From Fidelibacterota bacterium (GTDB lineage Bacteria > Fidelibacterota > Marinisomatia > Marinisomatales > UBA2128), in assembly GCA_046861645.1 (NCBI GenBank), contig JBHHUM010000010.1, positions 1 through 51,874 on the forward strand: a DNA stretch of 51,874 nucleotides, given 5' to 3'. Made by a program: the position numbers and the translations under genes. The notes under the pieces are model-generated. The model made no database searches and was not told where the DNA came from. It saw nothing but the letters and a program-made list of their open reading frames with translations. Shown piece by piece: positions 28,367 to 39,358 of the stretch; within the stretch, counting starts at the first letter, position 1; every line of letters starts with the position of its first letter.

Positions 28367-29044
28367 CTACTTCAACCATTTCCTTGAAGTTACCTTCAGA
28401 TATCCCCGTGTGTATTTAATGACCCCCTCACGAACGAGATCATTCAAAATCGTACTTGCCGTTTGACGTGTAGTAGCCGTTAAGTTAGCGATCTCCTGGT
28501 GGGTAAGAAAGGGGCGTACTACCCATCCATCAATTAATTCTTTCCCAAAATCTTTCACATATCGTCGGATAAACGATTCAATTCTCTCTCTGGCAGTCTT
28601 AAAAACAAGGTCCTCAACTTGTGCTTGAATCCTCCTCATACGAAAACCGATAAATTTAGTGATACTTAAATTCAGCTCAGGATTCTTAGCAATTACTTCC
28701 TGAAACTGTTCCTTGGGAATAGAACAGATCACTGCATCCTCGACAACCTCGGCAAAATTTTCTCTCTTTTCCTGGCCCAAAATAGCACTTTCACCAAAAA
28801 TCTCACCTGGTCCAACGAGGTGCAGTGTAGTTGTCTGTCCATCAGGGGAAATACGGGATAATTTTACCTTCCCCTCTTTCAGAAAGTAAATTGTATTACT
28901 GGGCTCATCTGGAAAATAAATAATTTCCTTTTTGCTAGACGTCCGCATACTTGTCATTTTACTCATCTCTTCCATGGATTTTTCCTTCAAGCTTGTAAAA
29001 AGATTGAAGTTCTGCAGATACCACAATTTCGTTTGTTTACCCAT
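28367..29044 (-). CDS. Crp/Fnr family transcriptional regulator
   Basis: cNMP-binding fold (GKVKL, GEIFGE); HTH LTHQEIANLTATTRQTAST. Confidence 0.95.
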   Translation of the reverse strand: MGKQTKLWYLQNFNLFTSLKEKSMEEMSKMTSMRTSSKKEIIYFPDEPSNTIYFLKEGKVKLSRISPDGQTTTLHLVGPGEIFGESAILGQEKRENFAEVVEDAVICSIPKEQFQEVIAKNPELNLSITKFIGFRMRRIQAQVEDLVFKTARERIESFIRRYVKDFGKELIDGWVVRPFLTHQEIANLTATTRQTASTILNDLVREGVIKYTRGYLKVTSRKWLK

Positions 29045-29500
29045 TTTTTAATTTCTCCAGTAAGTCAGAAAAAACTCAAGGTGATAGATGCTTTTCATAG
29101 GTTCGAGGAAAAAGTAAAGCTATCATTTTTTCTTAATTTAAAGGGGTACAATTGTTGTTGCCACAACAGGGTGGAAATCATTGGATTTACATCATCCAGG
29201 TTAAGAATTCTATTATCAATTCGTCCCATGAATATCCTGGTTATTCATTTATCTATAATATTCGATTCTGATCGGTAATATAGCTGGAACTCACTTTCTT
29301 ATGAAGTTAAAACACCTTCCACTAAAATTTCTCTCGACTAGGTTTTGATGGAATACGTATTATGCATACATTGCATAGTAGATTTTCCATCACTTGTTCG
29401 ATAGTGATGAGATAATCACAATTACATCAGTTCACGAAGTATCAACAAACAGGATAGTTCACATAGTATAATTCAATCTAAGTAACTGACATAGATAGGA

Positions 29501-29896
29501 ATGGAATCTCAGAACATTTCCGGAGGATGTTACTGTGGTAACATTCGATATAAGATAAAGGAAATACCACATTTAAGCGTGAATTGTCATTGCCATAACT
29601 GTCGTCGAGCTATTGGAGCTCAGTCGGTGGCATGGATCCTATTGAAAAAGAAATTCTTCTCTTGGGAGAAAGGCAATCCAGTCCGTTATCAAACAGAGAC
29701 TAAAGCCTGGCGGACCTTTTGCCCGGATTGTGGTTCCTCGTTGACCTACGAATCTCCTACAAGATCAGACAATATTGATGTCACTACAGGAAGCCTTGAT
29801 CACCCCGATGACTTCCCACCTACTATGGATGCTTACAAAAAATATCGAATCCCCTGGGTATCCTTAATTCGGGAAGAAGATACTAAGCACGACTAA
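29501..29896 (+). CDS. GFA (glutathione-dependent formaldehyde-activating) family protein
   Basis: GGCYCG, CHCHNCR, RTFCPDCGS. Confidence 0.93.
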   Translation: MESQNISGGCYCGNIRYKIKEIPHLSVNCHCHNCRRAIGAQSVAWILLKKKFFSWEKGNPVRYQTETKAWRTFCPDCGSSLTYESPTRSDNIDVTTGSLDHPDDFPPTMDAYKKYRIPWVSLIREEDTKHD

Positions 29897-30033
29897 TGAT
29901 TTGACTTCATTGGTGTATGATATATCTTCATAGCAAACACTGCCGAATTTAATAACATCAACCATGACATTTAGAGAGCTATTGTACTAGTGATGTTTAC
30001 CTCTATTTATCTGTACCTGAACTGGAACTCATT

Positions 30034-30585
30034 TTAGTAGGATTTAGTAACCTTTCCGTTACGCAAGACAAGTAGTAGAAGGGTAAAGCAGACCAAACCT
30101 AGCGCTAATGGCGCCACTAAGTTGAATGTATGGCCATACCAAACAAAACCCCAAAAACCCAGAATCCATCCTAACACAAAACCATTATTTTCCATAAAAA
30201 ACAACCTGGCTGTAGTTTTAAAAATCAACCTGAATTCTACGAAAAAGCGTCCCGCTAATACTCCCGAAATTCCAATTAAAATACCATAAACCGGTAGAAA
30301 CTTCATCCGATAAGGATAAGTCTGCAGAAGACCAATAACCGAATAATAGGCGCCAATGCTAAGCACTAACCACGTACGACAAGATTTTAGAATCACCCTG
30401 CTGCTTGATGAGAGAATAATTAAACCGGCTATACTCCCAACCAGCCAGCCCAGCATTATTGTCAAAAAAGAAGGATATGCGGCCGTAAGCCATATCTCCA
30501 GTTGAAAAAAATAACATGTTTGCAAAACGGCGAAGAAAACTCCCATTATAATAACAAACAGATATTTGCCAACTTCAGTTATCAT
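30034..30585 (-). CDS. Membrane protein resembling the TM domain of fused MFS/spermidine synthases
   Basis: About 6 TM helices; 3 nt downstream of the fused spermidine synthase gene. Confidence 0.6.
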   Translation of the reverse strand: MITEVGKYLFVIIMGVFFAVLQTCYFFQLEIWLTAAYPSFLTIMLGWLVGSIAGLIILSSSSRVILKSCRTWLVLSIGAYYSVIGLLQTYPYRMKFLPVYGILIGISGVLAGRFFVEFRLIFKTTARLFFMENNGFVLGWILGFWGFVWYGHTFNLVAPLALGLVCFTLLLLVLRNGKVTKSY

Positions 30586-30588
30586 ATT

Positions 30589-32076
30589 CTACTTTTTGCT
30601 TGGGAAAAAAGATTTTTTCACTTTACGTAAACTCCTCTTCAGAGGGTAACTCAAGTTGTAAAATGTTATTGGCTTAATGCCATCTACTATTTCGAGAGCC
30701 TCGGATTTATTAAAAATTTGTACCCTATTTGCCCCCTGCTGGATTAATTCGCTTTCAAGTTGCTCTTGTGTAAAAGGGAGTTTCTGACCAGCAATTGCAA
30801 AGGAGCGTTTGGCGATATCAGGTGTGTGTATTAAAACCTCTTTGAAAACCTGAGTCAAAGCTGCAGCAACCGTTCGAGGTGTTTTATTTTGCTTTTTGAA
30901 CGTCCCACTGAGTGATATAGATATCACGCCCTGGGGAGTAAGTCGCTTTTTGGCTATTTGATAGAACTCCACTGAATGCAATAGTGCTGTCTGGATTTGT
31001 AGTGGAGCGGGAATATCGACGGTAATCAAATCGTAATATTCTTCAGTTTTACTTAAAAAACTTTTTGCATCATCAATAGTTAAAACCCAATTGTCATATT
31101 CATCTATATGATTTGTGTATTTGAAATATAGTTGGCTTCCCTTTGGAACCGCGTTATCTATATCTACAATACGTAAATGGTTGGCCACTGATCCGATATA
31201 CTTCACCGATTCCATAGACCCAGCACCTAAAACCAATGCCTTTGAAGGTTTCACCAGTTGCGCTGGAGTCTGTGAGAGAAAAACATTAAATAATTTAAGA
31301 CTTAAGCTACCATAATTCTTTTTACCATCGAGATAAATATATCTTCTTCCTGTTGCAGATTCCACAATATCAACTTTTTGATATGGACTGTTTGCACTAT
31401 ATAGGACCCTACTACCAGATATACCATGAAATTTCGTATAAAGATATGCTAAACTTTCCTGTTCCAAGGAAGAAAAGGATACTCCGTAAATTATAGCTGC
31501 CAAACCTGAGATCAACCATATTCTCTTTCCTCCAAAAATCAAAGCAACAATGGTAGCTAGAGCCAGCTGATATAATATTTGTTGTGTACCTGGGATCGAT
31601 CCGAGCAAAAATACTACAGCAAGCCCGGACAATGCTCCGAACAATTCCACACTATAGAACTTAGGCAGAGAGTTTGAGCCTGAGGAAGAAAGATCGATGA
31701 ATCTGGGCAGTAATAGACTATAAAAAGAGGTTAATGCAAAAGTTGTAAAAAATAAAATAATCACAAAAGAGATGGTTGGTAGAATTTTTCCCATCGAACC
31801 CATCAAGTATCTTAAGGAGAAAGGAAGCGTTAGATGCACCAACCAGAATAAAATAGAAAAAATGCGAATAACTCGCAGGGTAAGCAAACCCGCCAGGGCG
31901 TAACCAATAGAATATCCAGAGAAATAGGCAATTGCCACCAAGAATATCACTACCTCTGTACCTTTCAAAACAGCAGTTATCTCCCGGATCATGAAAAACT
32001 GTAATAGGAGCATACATAATCCAGCTAAAAAGAGTATAGGAGCCCAATAATGTGGAGATTTCTTCAAATTGTGCAA
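30589..32076 (-). CDS. Membrane-fused spermidine synthase-like (class I SAM-fold) protein
   Basis: N-terminal TM block; SPYQKVD, YLDG, VLGAGS, VDID, DDAKSFL, YDLITVD, EFYQ. Confidence 0.8.
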   Translation of the reverse strand: MHNLKKSPHYWAPILFLAGLCMLLLQFFMIREITAVLKGTEVVIFLVAIAYFSGYSIGYALAGLLTLRVIRIFSILFWLVHLTLPFSLRYLMGSMGKILPTISFVIILFFTTFALTSFYSLLLPRFIDLSSSGSNSLPKFYSVELFGALSGLAVVFLLGSIPGTQQILYQLALATIVALIFGGKRIWLISGLAAIIYGVSFSSLEQESLAYLYTKFHGISGSRVLYSANSPYQKVDIVESATGRRYIYLDGKKNYGSLSLKLFNVFLSQTPAQLVKPSKALVLGAGSMESVKYIGSVANHLRIVDIDNAVPKGSQLYFKYTNHIDEYDNWVLTIDDAKSFLSKTEEYYDLITVDIPAPLQIQTALLHSVEFYQIAKKRLTPQGVISISLSGTFKKQNKTPRTVAAALTQVFKEVLIHTPDIAKRSFAIAGQKLPFTQEQLESELIQQGANRVQIFNKSEALEIVDGIKPITFYNLSYPLKRSLRKVKKSFFPSKK

Positions 32077-32353
32077 CTTACTTCTGATAACTGATCAATA
32101 CTTCCTTTTCTAATTGATACAGTACTGATACTGTTTTATTCAACTTAATTGGTGGAGACAAAGTGGGTCACTCAGGTTAGTAAATTTGTAAAACAAAACA
32201 GGAAAAAGAAAGGAGAAGACCTATTATCGCGATTTAAACAAGAAAAACATCCTTATATATCTCTTGAAAATAAAATTAATCGCATGTCTGAACATAAGTA
32301 GCAAAAAGTTAAGAAATCATCTCGGGTACAAAATAAGAATAATCATTTATTGA

Positions 32354-32943
32354 CTAGAGGAGAGATTGCCTACATACATCTTGACCTCGCCAATGTGGTC
32401 ATAAGTTTCAATATTAAGATGTAACTTGATAATTTTCTGCCTTTAATGATAATTTCTGATATACCTGCTCGCTGAATAACAGGTACGAATTATACCCCGT
32501 TGTATCTCTAATACTACTCTTCATCATCCTGTAAGCAAGAATCACATCAGAACCAAGAATCTCACTCCGGTCACCAATTGGTTTCACAAAAAAATCACCA
32601 CAATGAAAAAATCTTTAAATCTAAACTCGATATATGCACAGGCTTTGCAACTACTGGATGGATTTATTTGCATAACATCCATTTTCTCTGTAAAGGCTTG
32701 ATAAAGTTAATATATCTGCGAGAGGAGATCTTGCGTACTAGTAACATCTCTTTCTGGCACATACCATAAAATTGCATCTCACTGGAAATTAGAAATTTTA
32801 ACAGGTTGTGAAATAACTTTTAATTGAGCATTAAAAAGAGCTGCAATGATGAGATGGGCATGGTCCAACTCAGACTTAGTAAGAAAAATAGTATCTCCTC
32901 TAATATCCGTTATTATGAATCAACCGTTCTCTATGGCAGCCAA
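32354..32943 (-). pseudogene. Decayed DUF2652-like (nucleotide cyclase-fold) gene
   Basis: Manual translation: ENG*FIITDIRGDTIFLTKSELDHAHLII...ISNFQ*DAILWY...IY*LYQAF...SCKAC..[frameshift]..LGSDVILAYRMMK...TGYNSYLL...ETYDHIGEVKMYV; several stops and frameshifts. Confidence 0.72.
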
Positions 32944-33319
32944 AAGATATTTCTCTATCGAAATAAGGGGAAATATCCCTTTTCAGATTAACGTATATCC
33001 CTTTTATTCATTCAATCAAGATTAAATACCATAAGAGTTTGATACGAAAATCATTCCCTACTCACGGTAGAAATCTCTACTGATAAAACCCAAAAACTAA
33101 AATAATTAGAAATCAAATAGACCCTATAGCGACTAACTTTGCGTCTTCCTAAATCGTGATAAGCCAAGCCGTCAAGAAATTTCAATCTTTACAATTATAA
33201 CTAACAAGTCCTACCTGATTCACCTTAAAGAAAGCTTCCAAGATATCTATTATACATTCTCGATTAAGGGAGAAAAATATTAAATTTACTTAGTAGATTT
33301 TAAGGTCATTTTTTCCAAA

Positions 33320-35410
33320 ATGGATAATCAGAACAAAAAAAGAATAAAACGGCTTCGTCAATACATTGAATGGCGGAATGCTTTATCTTCATTTATTCAA
33401 AAATCACTTATTCAGATCAAATCATTTGACCAGCTGTTTGTTATTATAATTGCAGTTATCATTGGTATCGTATCTGGCTATGGGGCTGCTGGATTCAGAT
33501 TCCTGATTGACTTTTTTAGAAACATTACCTGGGGAGAAGGAACCTTTGTTCAGGTAATCAGATCTACACCCTTTTATCTAAAAATTGGAATCCCTGTATT
33601 AGGTGGAATAGTTGTCGCCTTAATTGTGAATCGTTTTGCTCCTGAAGCTAAAGGACACGGAGTACCAGAGGTAATGGATGCGGTAGCAACAAAGAATGGA
33701 TTTATCCGTATGCGAGTAGTACTGGTTAAAGCCTTTGCTTCAGCATTATCGATCGGTACAGGTGCTGCAGTAGGTCGGGAAGGACCTATCGTTCAGATCG
33801 GTTCTGCTTTTGGTTCTTCTGTGGGACAACTTTTTCAGGTATCTACCCGTAGGATGAAAACATTTATTGGTTGTGGTGCAGCGGCGGGAATTGCAGCAAC
33901 TTTTAATGCACCTATAGCGGGAGCAATATTTGCCAGCGAGGTCATCCTGGGCGATTTCAGTGTTGCGGCCATAGGACCCATCATCATTTCCTCCGTCTTC
34001 GGAACTGTTATTTCACGTAGCATCTATGGCGATTACCCAGCTTTCATTCCACCGGTCTACACTTTACAATCCCCTCAAGAAATAATTTTCTATATCGTAT
34101 TAGGCATCATTACTGGACTAGCTGGCTGGCTATTTGTCAAGTCCCTCTACTTTTCTGAAGATGTTTTTGAAAATTTGAATCTGCCAATAAGCATTAAAGC
34201 AGCCATTGGTGGGGCTTTTCTTGGATTTTTTGCATTGTTCATCCCGGAAACATTAGGTGTCGGATACGAGTCGATGGACCGAGTGCTAGCAGGTCATTTG
34301 CCCTATCTTCTGGCTGGAACCTTATTGTTCGGTAAAATTTTCGCTACCAGTTTATCCTTAGGATCTGGAGCCTCAGGGGGTATATTCGCTCCTTCCCTAT
34401 TCATGGGATCAATGTTAGGAGGTGTATTAGGAAACATATTTCACGCTTTTTATCCCGAATTAACAGCAACCTCAGGTGCCTATTCTCTCGTAGGAATGGC
34501 GGCCATGGTAGCAGCTACAACTCATGCTCCAATCACAGCGATTCTTATCATTTTTGAAATGACAACTGAGTATTCTGTCATCCTGCCACTAATGGTTACC
34601 AGTATTGTTGCTACTATTCTTACAACACGATTGTTAGACGGCAATATTTACACCATGAAACTAAAACGGAGAGGTGTTGATATTCATGGTGGTACTGCCA
34701 TTAACATTCTTGATCAGTTAAAGATAGATAAAATTAAACAACAACTAATGGAAGTTATCAGCGAGGATGCAACCTTGGAAGAACTTCTGAAAAGAATGTC
34801 AGCCAGTAATCAATCTGCATACTATATATGTGATAGTGATAAAAAATTATCAGGAATTATCACTCAGGGAATGGTTCGTCGATTTTTAAACCGATTAGAA
34901 GAAATCCCAAAAGAAGCAATGGTTAGAGATATCTATAATACTCACTTTCCAAGAATAAGAGAAGATATGCCTCTTCATGAGGTCCTTAGGCTGATGTTAG
35001 ACTCAGATATGCTAGCCATTCCAGTTGTGGATGATCAAGGCGTGCTGACTGGTCAAGTATTACGTGAAGATATCCTGCGGGAATACCAGGAAATGTTAAT
35101 CCAATCGCAAAGTGCAGAACATCTGGCATCTTCGATGAAGTATGTTCATAACTATTATCACGAGAAAACTGAGGTTATCCCCGGATTTCTCATGGCAAGA
35201 ATCAATGCACCAACAGAATTCGTCCATCAACTTGTCAAAACACTGAAAATCCGTAGTCGGTATAATGTAGAAGTAATGCTCATCAGAAAATCAAGAAATG
35301 GGCAATTCGTTGATATCTTACCTACTCCTGATACTTTGATAGAACTTGAAGATCAGTTACTTATCTTTGGAGAGAAAAAGCATGTTGAATCAGTTTGTGA
35401 ATTATCGTAG
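33320..35410 (+). CDS. ClC chloride channel/antiporter with CBS pair and C-terminal TrkA_C domain
   Basis: GHGVPE, GREGP, GGIFAP, Y in IYT; CBS repeats; RCK-C tail. Confidence 0.93.
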   Translation: MDNQNKKRIKRLRQYIEWRNALSSFIQKSLIQIKSFDQLFVIIIAVIIGIVSGYGAAGFRFLIDFFRNITWGEGTFVQVIRSTPFYLKIGIPVLGGIVVALIVNRFAPEAKGHGVPEVMDAVATKNGFIRMRVVLVKAFASALSIGTGAAVGREGPIVQIGSAFGSSVGQLFQVSTRRMKTFIGCGAAAGIAATFNAPIAGAIFASEVILGDFSVAAIGPIIISSVFGTVISRSIYGDYPAFIPPVYTLQSPQEIIFYIVLGIITGLAGWLFVKSLYFSEDVFENLNLPISIKAAIGGAFLGFFALFIPETLGVGYESMDRVLAGHLPYLLAGTLLFGKIFATSLSLGSGASGGIFAPSLFMGSMLGGVLGNIFHAFYPELTATSGAYSLVGMAAMVAATTHAPITAILIIFEMTTEYSVILPLMVTSIVATILTTRLLDGNIYTMKLKRRGVDIHGGTAINILDQLKIDKIKQQLMEVISEDATLEELLKRMSASNQSAYYICDSDKKLSGIITQGMVRRFLNRLEEIPKEAMVRDIYNTHFPRIREDMPLHEVLRLMLDSDMLAIPVVDDQGVLTGQVLREDILREYQEMLIQSQSAEHLASSMKYVHNYYHEKTEVIPGFLMARINAPTEFVHQLVKTLKIRSRYNVEVMLIRKSRNGQFVDILPTPDTLIELEDQLLIFGEKKHVESVCELS

Positions 35411-35540
35411 GTAACGAATTTAAGGGAACCCCTTTTCTCTTATTTATCCCCCATACATCCAGGATATTAATTATCATTGATGAAAATCATCTGTATACGA
35501 ACTGAACAATTACAACAACTCAAGGGAAAGACTTACTAAA

Positions 35541-36983
35541 TCAAAATCCCCATAATTCTGGAATAAACAGTGAGAAAACAGTCCAGATTTCAAGTCTTCC
35601 CAACAACATATCAAAAGAAAGAATCCATTTTGCTACATCTGAAAACAACGTGAAATTATCAAGTGGGCCAACCCCACCGATACCCGGACCCACATTTCCC
35701 AAGGTTGCTGCTACTGCACTGAAGGATGTAGCTGCTCCGTACCCCATCGCAGTAAGAGATGCCCCGGAAAAAAGAAAAATAAAAATATACATTACTACAA
35801 AGGTCTGTACTTTTAATACCTGATCTGCTCCAATATTCTTTCCGTTCTGGCGGGGAAATACCACTACTCGTCTTTTTAGTATCCTACGAAGATGAAGACG
35901 TAATTCTTTGAAAATGATTTCGTAACGCCACACCTTGATAGACCCACTGGTGGAAGCAGACATTCCTCCAATGAACATTAACAGAACCAAGATCGACACA
36001 CTAAAATCAGGCCAATATTTGAAATCTTCCGTGGCAAATCCTGTAGTAGTAATAATTGAAACTACCTGAAAAATAGCCTTTCGGAGTGAAGAAAGAAAAG
36101 CAGCATCATCTTGATTGATCAGATAGAGGTTGAAAGTAATTAGTAAACTCGACGATAGAAAGACTCCAAAAAATATTTTAAAGGAAGAATTCTTGAAGTA
36201 TCGAAATTTGCCACGAAGAGCATGGTAATGAAGGATAAAACTTGTTGCTCCAATAATCATGAAAATCATAACAACAATTTCAACATATAGACTGTTAAAA
36301 TGAGCAATGCTGGCATTCTTTGTAGAAAATCCACCCCCTGCTATGGTCGCAAAAGCGTGAGTTACTGCATCAAACCATCCCATGACTGGTAAGAGTAACA
36401 AGAACTCGGAAAAAGTAAACAGCAAATATATTTTCCAATAAGATTTGGCAACAGTGGCAATTCGAGGAAAAAGTTTATCTTCATTTGTTGAAACGGGAGA
36501 TTCCGAGCTGAAAAGCTCACTTTTCCCTCTAAAGGAAGGAAAAATTACCATAGCCAGAACAACAATTCCCATCCCCCCCAGCCAATGAGTCTCTGAGCGC
36601 CAGAATAATATACTTCTGGGAATGGTTTCAATGTCAGGAATCACTGTGGATCCTGTAGCTGTAAAGCCGGACAGGGATTCAAAAAAAGCATCCGTAAAAG
36701 ATGGTAAAATATGACTAATAATAAAGGGGAGAGCTCCGAATACTGATGCGCCTATCCATGTTGCCACTACAATAGCGATAGACTCTCTAATTTTAAGATT
36801 CTTAAAATCATGTTTCCGAAAAAAGGAAATCATGCTCATGATTGACAGAATCGCAATAGGAATAATAAAATGAATATGCACTTGCTCGTGAAACAAATAA
36901 GATAATAAAAGTGGGGGAATCATTGCTAAGGAGAGCAGCCCAATGATTCGATTAATGGATTGAAATACTAAACGATAATTCAT
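35541..36983 (-). CDS. trkH: Trk potassium uptake membrane protein
   Basis: FFESLSGFTATG, WLGGMG, GGFS, TTTGF, LGNVGPG, GRLE. Confidence 0.93.
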   Translation of the reverse strand: MNYRLVFQSINRIIGLLSLAMIPPLLLSYLFHEQVHIHFIIPIAILSIMSMISFFRKHDFKNLKIRESIAIVVATWIGASVFGALPFIISHILPSFTDAFFESLSGFTATGSTVIPDIETIPRSILFWRSETHWLGGMGIVVLAMVIFPSFRGKSELFSSESPVSTNEDKLFPRIATVAKSYWKIYLLFTFSEFLLLLPVMGWFDAVTHAFATIAGGGFSTKNASIAHFNSLYVEIVVMIFMIIGATSFILHYHALRGKFRYFKNSSFKIFFGVFLSSSLLITFNLYLINQDDAAFLSSLRKAIFQVVSIITTTGFATEDFKYWPDFSVSILVLLMFIGGMSASTSGSIKVWRYEIIFKELRLHLRRILKRRVVVFPRQNGKNIGADQVLKVQTFVVMYIFIFLFSGASLTAMGYGAATSFSAVAATLGNVGPGIGGVGPLDNFTLFSDVAKWILSFDMLLGRLEIWTVFSLFIPELWGF

Positions 36984-37264
36984 TTATGGCACACGTGTAT
37001 GTATTCAAATGGATGCTATAATTTACTTAACTCCTTAAAAACCCCCAATTGGTTCATCAGTTATCATAGAACTCTAATGTCACTTCTTTTTCTGGTGTTG
37101 AGAGCTTATCGATTACCAGCAAATAACAATAGAATCTCCACAAACAACATAAAAGTCCCTTTCCTTAAAACTAAGCTTTATGATCTACTTTAATTCATGA
37201 GAACAAATGTTCTTTTTGAAGATATTATTTCAACTAGATGAAAATAGTTTAGAAGAATCCATGT

Positions 37265-39358
37265 TTAAACTGTTTCATTCTGAGAGACCACTTCCACGTG
37301 AAGTTTGTTACCTGATAGAAATAGGTGAACATGATGTGCCTCGGGATTTTCCAGCAAAGTCTTGGAAAGTTTTGCTAAGATTTCTCGTTTGATAATTCTT
37401 CTAATCGGCCGGGCACCATATTCAGCTTCATATCCATTATGTATCAAATAATCAATAACCTCTTTATCAATCTTCATATTTACATTCTGTTCAGCTAAAA
37501 CCTTATCAAGGTTTTTTAGTTGCATCAGAACGATGTCTCTTATTTCTGCTTTACCGAGATCGCTAAATGTGATAATCTCGTCGATTCGGTTGAGAAATTC
37601 AGGTCGTAAATAATGCTTCAATTCCAAGTATGGCATATTCGATGTCAAGATAATTATAGTATTTCTAAAGTTAACCAATCTCCCCTTGGCATCAGTTAAC
37701 TGTCCATCATCCAGGATCTGTAATAAAATATTCAACACACTTGGATGTGCCTTTTCGATTTCATCAAAGAGGACCACAGCATACGGCCGCCTCCTGATTT
37801 TCTCTGTAAGTTGACCACCTTCTTCATAACCTACATAGCCAGGTGGACTTCCTATTAGTTTTGCTACGGAGTGTAACTCCATAAATTCACTCATATCTAT
37901 TCTATTTAGTGCTCTTTCATCGTCAAATAATGCTTCTGCTAATGTCTTAGCTAATTCTGTTTTACCGACACCGGTATTACCCGTGAATAAGAAAGTACCC
38001 TGAGGACGATGACGATCTACTATCCCAATCTTGGACATGCGAATGACATCGGCTACTTTTCGGATAGCTTCTTCTTGACCAACAACTCTTTTCTCTAACT
38101 TAGACTCCAAGTGTAGCAGTTTCTCTTTTTCTCCAGACAGCATTTTTGAGACCGGGATTCCAGTCCACTTTGACACAATTTCGGCAATGTCCTCAGTCTC
38201 TACTCCTAATTTTAAAAAGCGACTGGACTTTTGCACAGCTTGTTCCTTCTCGATCTCTTTTTCAATGGCGGGTATTTCACCATAAAGTAATTTTGCTGAC
38301 TTCTGATAATCTCCCTCTCTTTGGGCTTGTTCTACCTGTATGTTCATCCGATCTATTTTTTCCTTCAATTTCTGAATGCGTATGACACACGCTTTTTCTT
38401 TCACCCATATAGAATTTAGATTTTTTAAATTTGACTTTAGTGTTTCAATCTCTTTTTTGACTTCGATCAAACGACCTTTAGAGCGGGTATCCTTCTCCTT
38501 CTTCAAAGCTTCACGCTCAATCTCAAATTGTAAAAGTTTTCTCCTAGCATCGTCTATCTCCTCAGGAGCAGAGTTCATCTCCATCCTAATTTTAGATGCA
38601 GCCTCATCTACCAAGTCAATTGCTTTATCAGGTAAAAATCTATCGGTAATATAGCGATCGGATAAAGTAGCAGCTGCTATAAGGGCTGAATCCGTGATAT
38701 GTAAGCCATGATGTAACTCATATTTGTCTTTAATTCCACGGAGGATAGTAATTGTATCCTCCAAATTAGGTTCAGTAATGTATACTTGCTGAAAACGTCT
38801 TTCCAGGGCTGCATCCTTTTCTATATATTTCTGGTACTCGTTCAACGTCGTTGCTCCAACGACCTTCATATGACCACGAGCTAACTCAGGTTTTATCATA
38901 TTAGAAACGTCCATATGGCCTTCCAAATTTCCGGCGCCAACAATCATATGCAATTCATCGATGAATATAATGATATCTCCTTCTTTTTCTACAACCGCCT
39001 TAATAAAATTCTTCAGGCGTTCTTCAAACTGACCCCGATACATAGCTCCCGCCACCATAGCGCTTAAATCCAATGCGATAAGTTGTTTATTCTTAATATT
39101 CTCCGGTACATCACCTTCAACTATTCGCTTTGCTAAACCTTCTACTACAGTAGTTTTTCCAGTTCCAGGTTCTCCAATCAGAACTGGATTGTTTTTTGTG
39201 CGCCGTGACAGAATCTGGATGATTCTGCGTATCTCTTCTTCCCTGCCGATTACAGGATCAATTTTCCCCTCCTGAGCCAGTTCAGTCAGATTGACTCCAT
39301 ACTGCTCAAGAGCATCAATGCCTTCTTCAGGATTAAATTGATTTGTCATTTGATCCAT
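37265..39358 (-). CDS. clpB: ClpB-type AAA+ disaggregase lacking the N-terminal domain
   Basis: IDPVIGR, RRTKNNP, two Walker A motifs, long coiled-coil M domain, PPGYVGY, YGARP; AGGAGG RBS at ATG 39358. Confidence 0.88.
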   Translation of the reverse strand: MDQMTNQFNPEEGIDALEQYGVNLTELAQEGKIDPVIGREEEIRRIIQILSRRTKNNPVLIGEPGTGKTTVVEGLAKRIVEGDVPENIKNKQLIALDLSAMVAGAMYRGQFEERLKNFIKAVVEKEGDIIIFIDELHMIVGAGNLEGHMDVSNMIKPELARGHMKVVGATTLNEYQKYIEKDAALERRFQQVYITEPNLEDTITILRGIKDKYELHHGLHITDSALIAAATLSDRYITDRFLPDKAIDLVDEAASKIRMEMNSAPEEIDDARRKLLQFEIEREALKKEKDTRSKGRLIEVKKEIETLKSNLKNLNSIWVKEKACVIRIQKLKEKIDRMNIQVEQAQREGDYQKSAKLLYGEIPAIEKEIEKEQAVQKSSRFLKLGVETEDIAEIVSKWTGIPVSKMLSGEKEKLLHLESKLEKRVVGQEEAIRKVADVIRMSKIGIVDRHRPQGTFLFTGNTGVGKTELAKTLAEALFDDERALNRIDMSEFMELHSVAKLIGSPPGYVGYEEGGQLTEKIRRRPYAVVLFDEIEKAHPSVLNILLQILDDGQLTDAKGRLVNFRNTIIILTSNMPYLELKHYLRPEFLNRIDEIITFSDLGKAEIRDIVLMQLKNLDKVLAEQNVNMKIDKEVIDYLIHNGYEAEYGARPIRRIIKREILAKLSKTLLENPEAHHVHLFLSGNKLHVEVVSQNETV

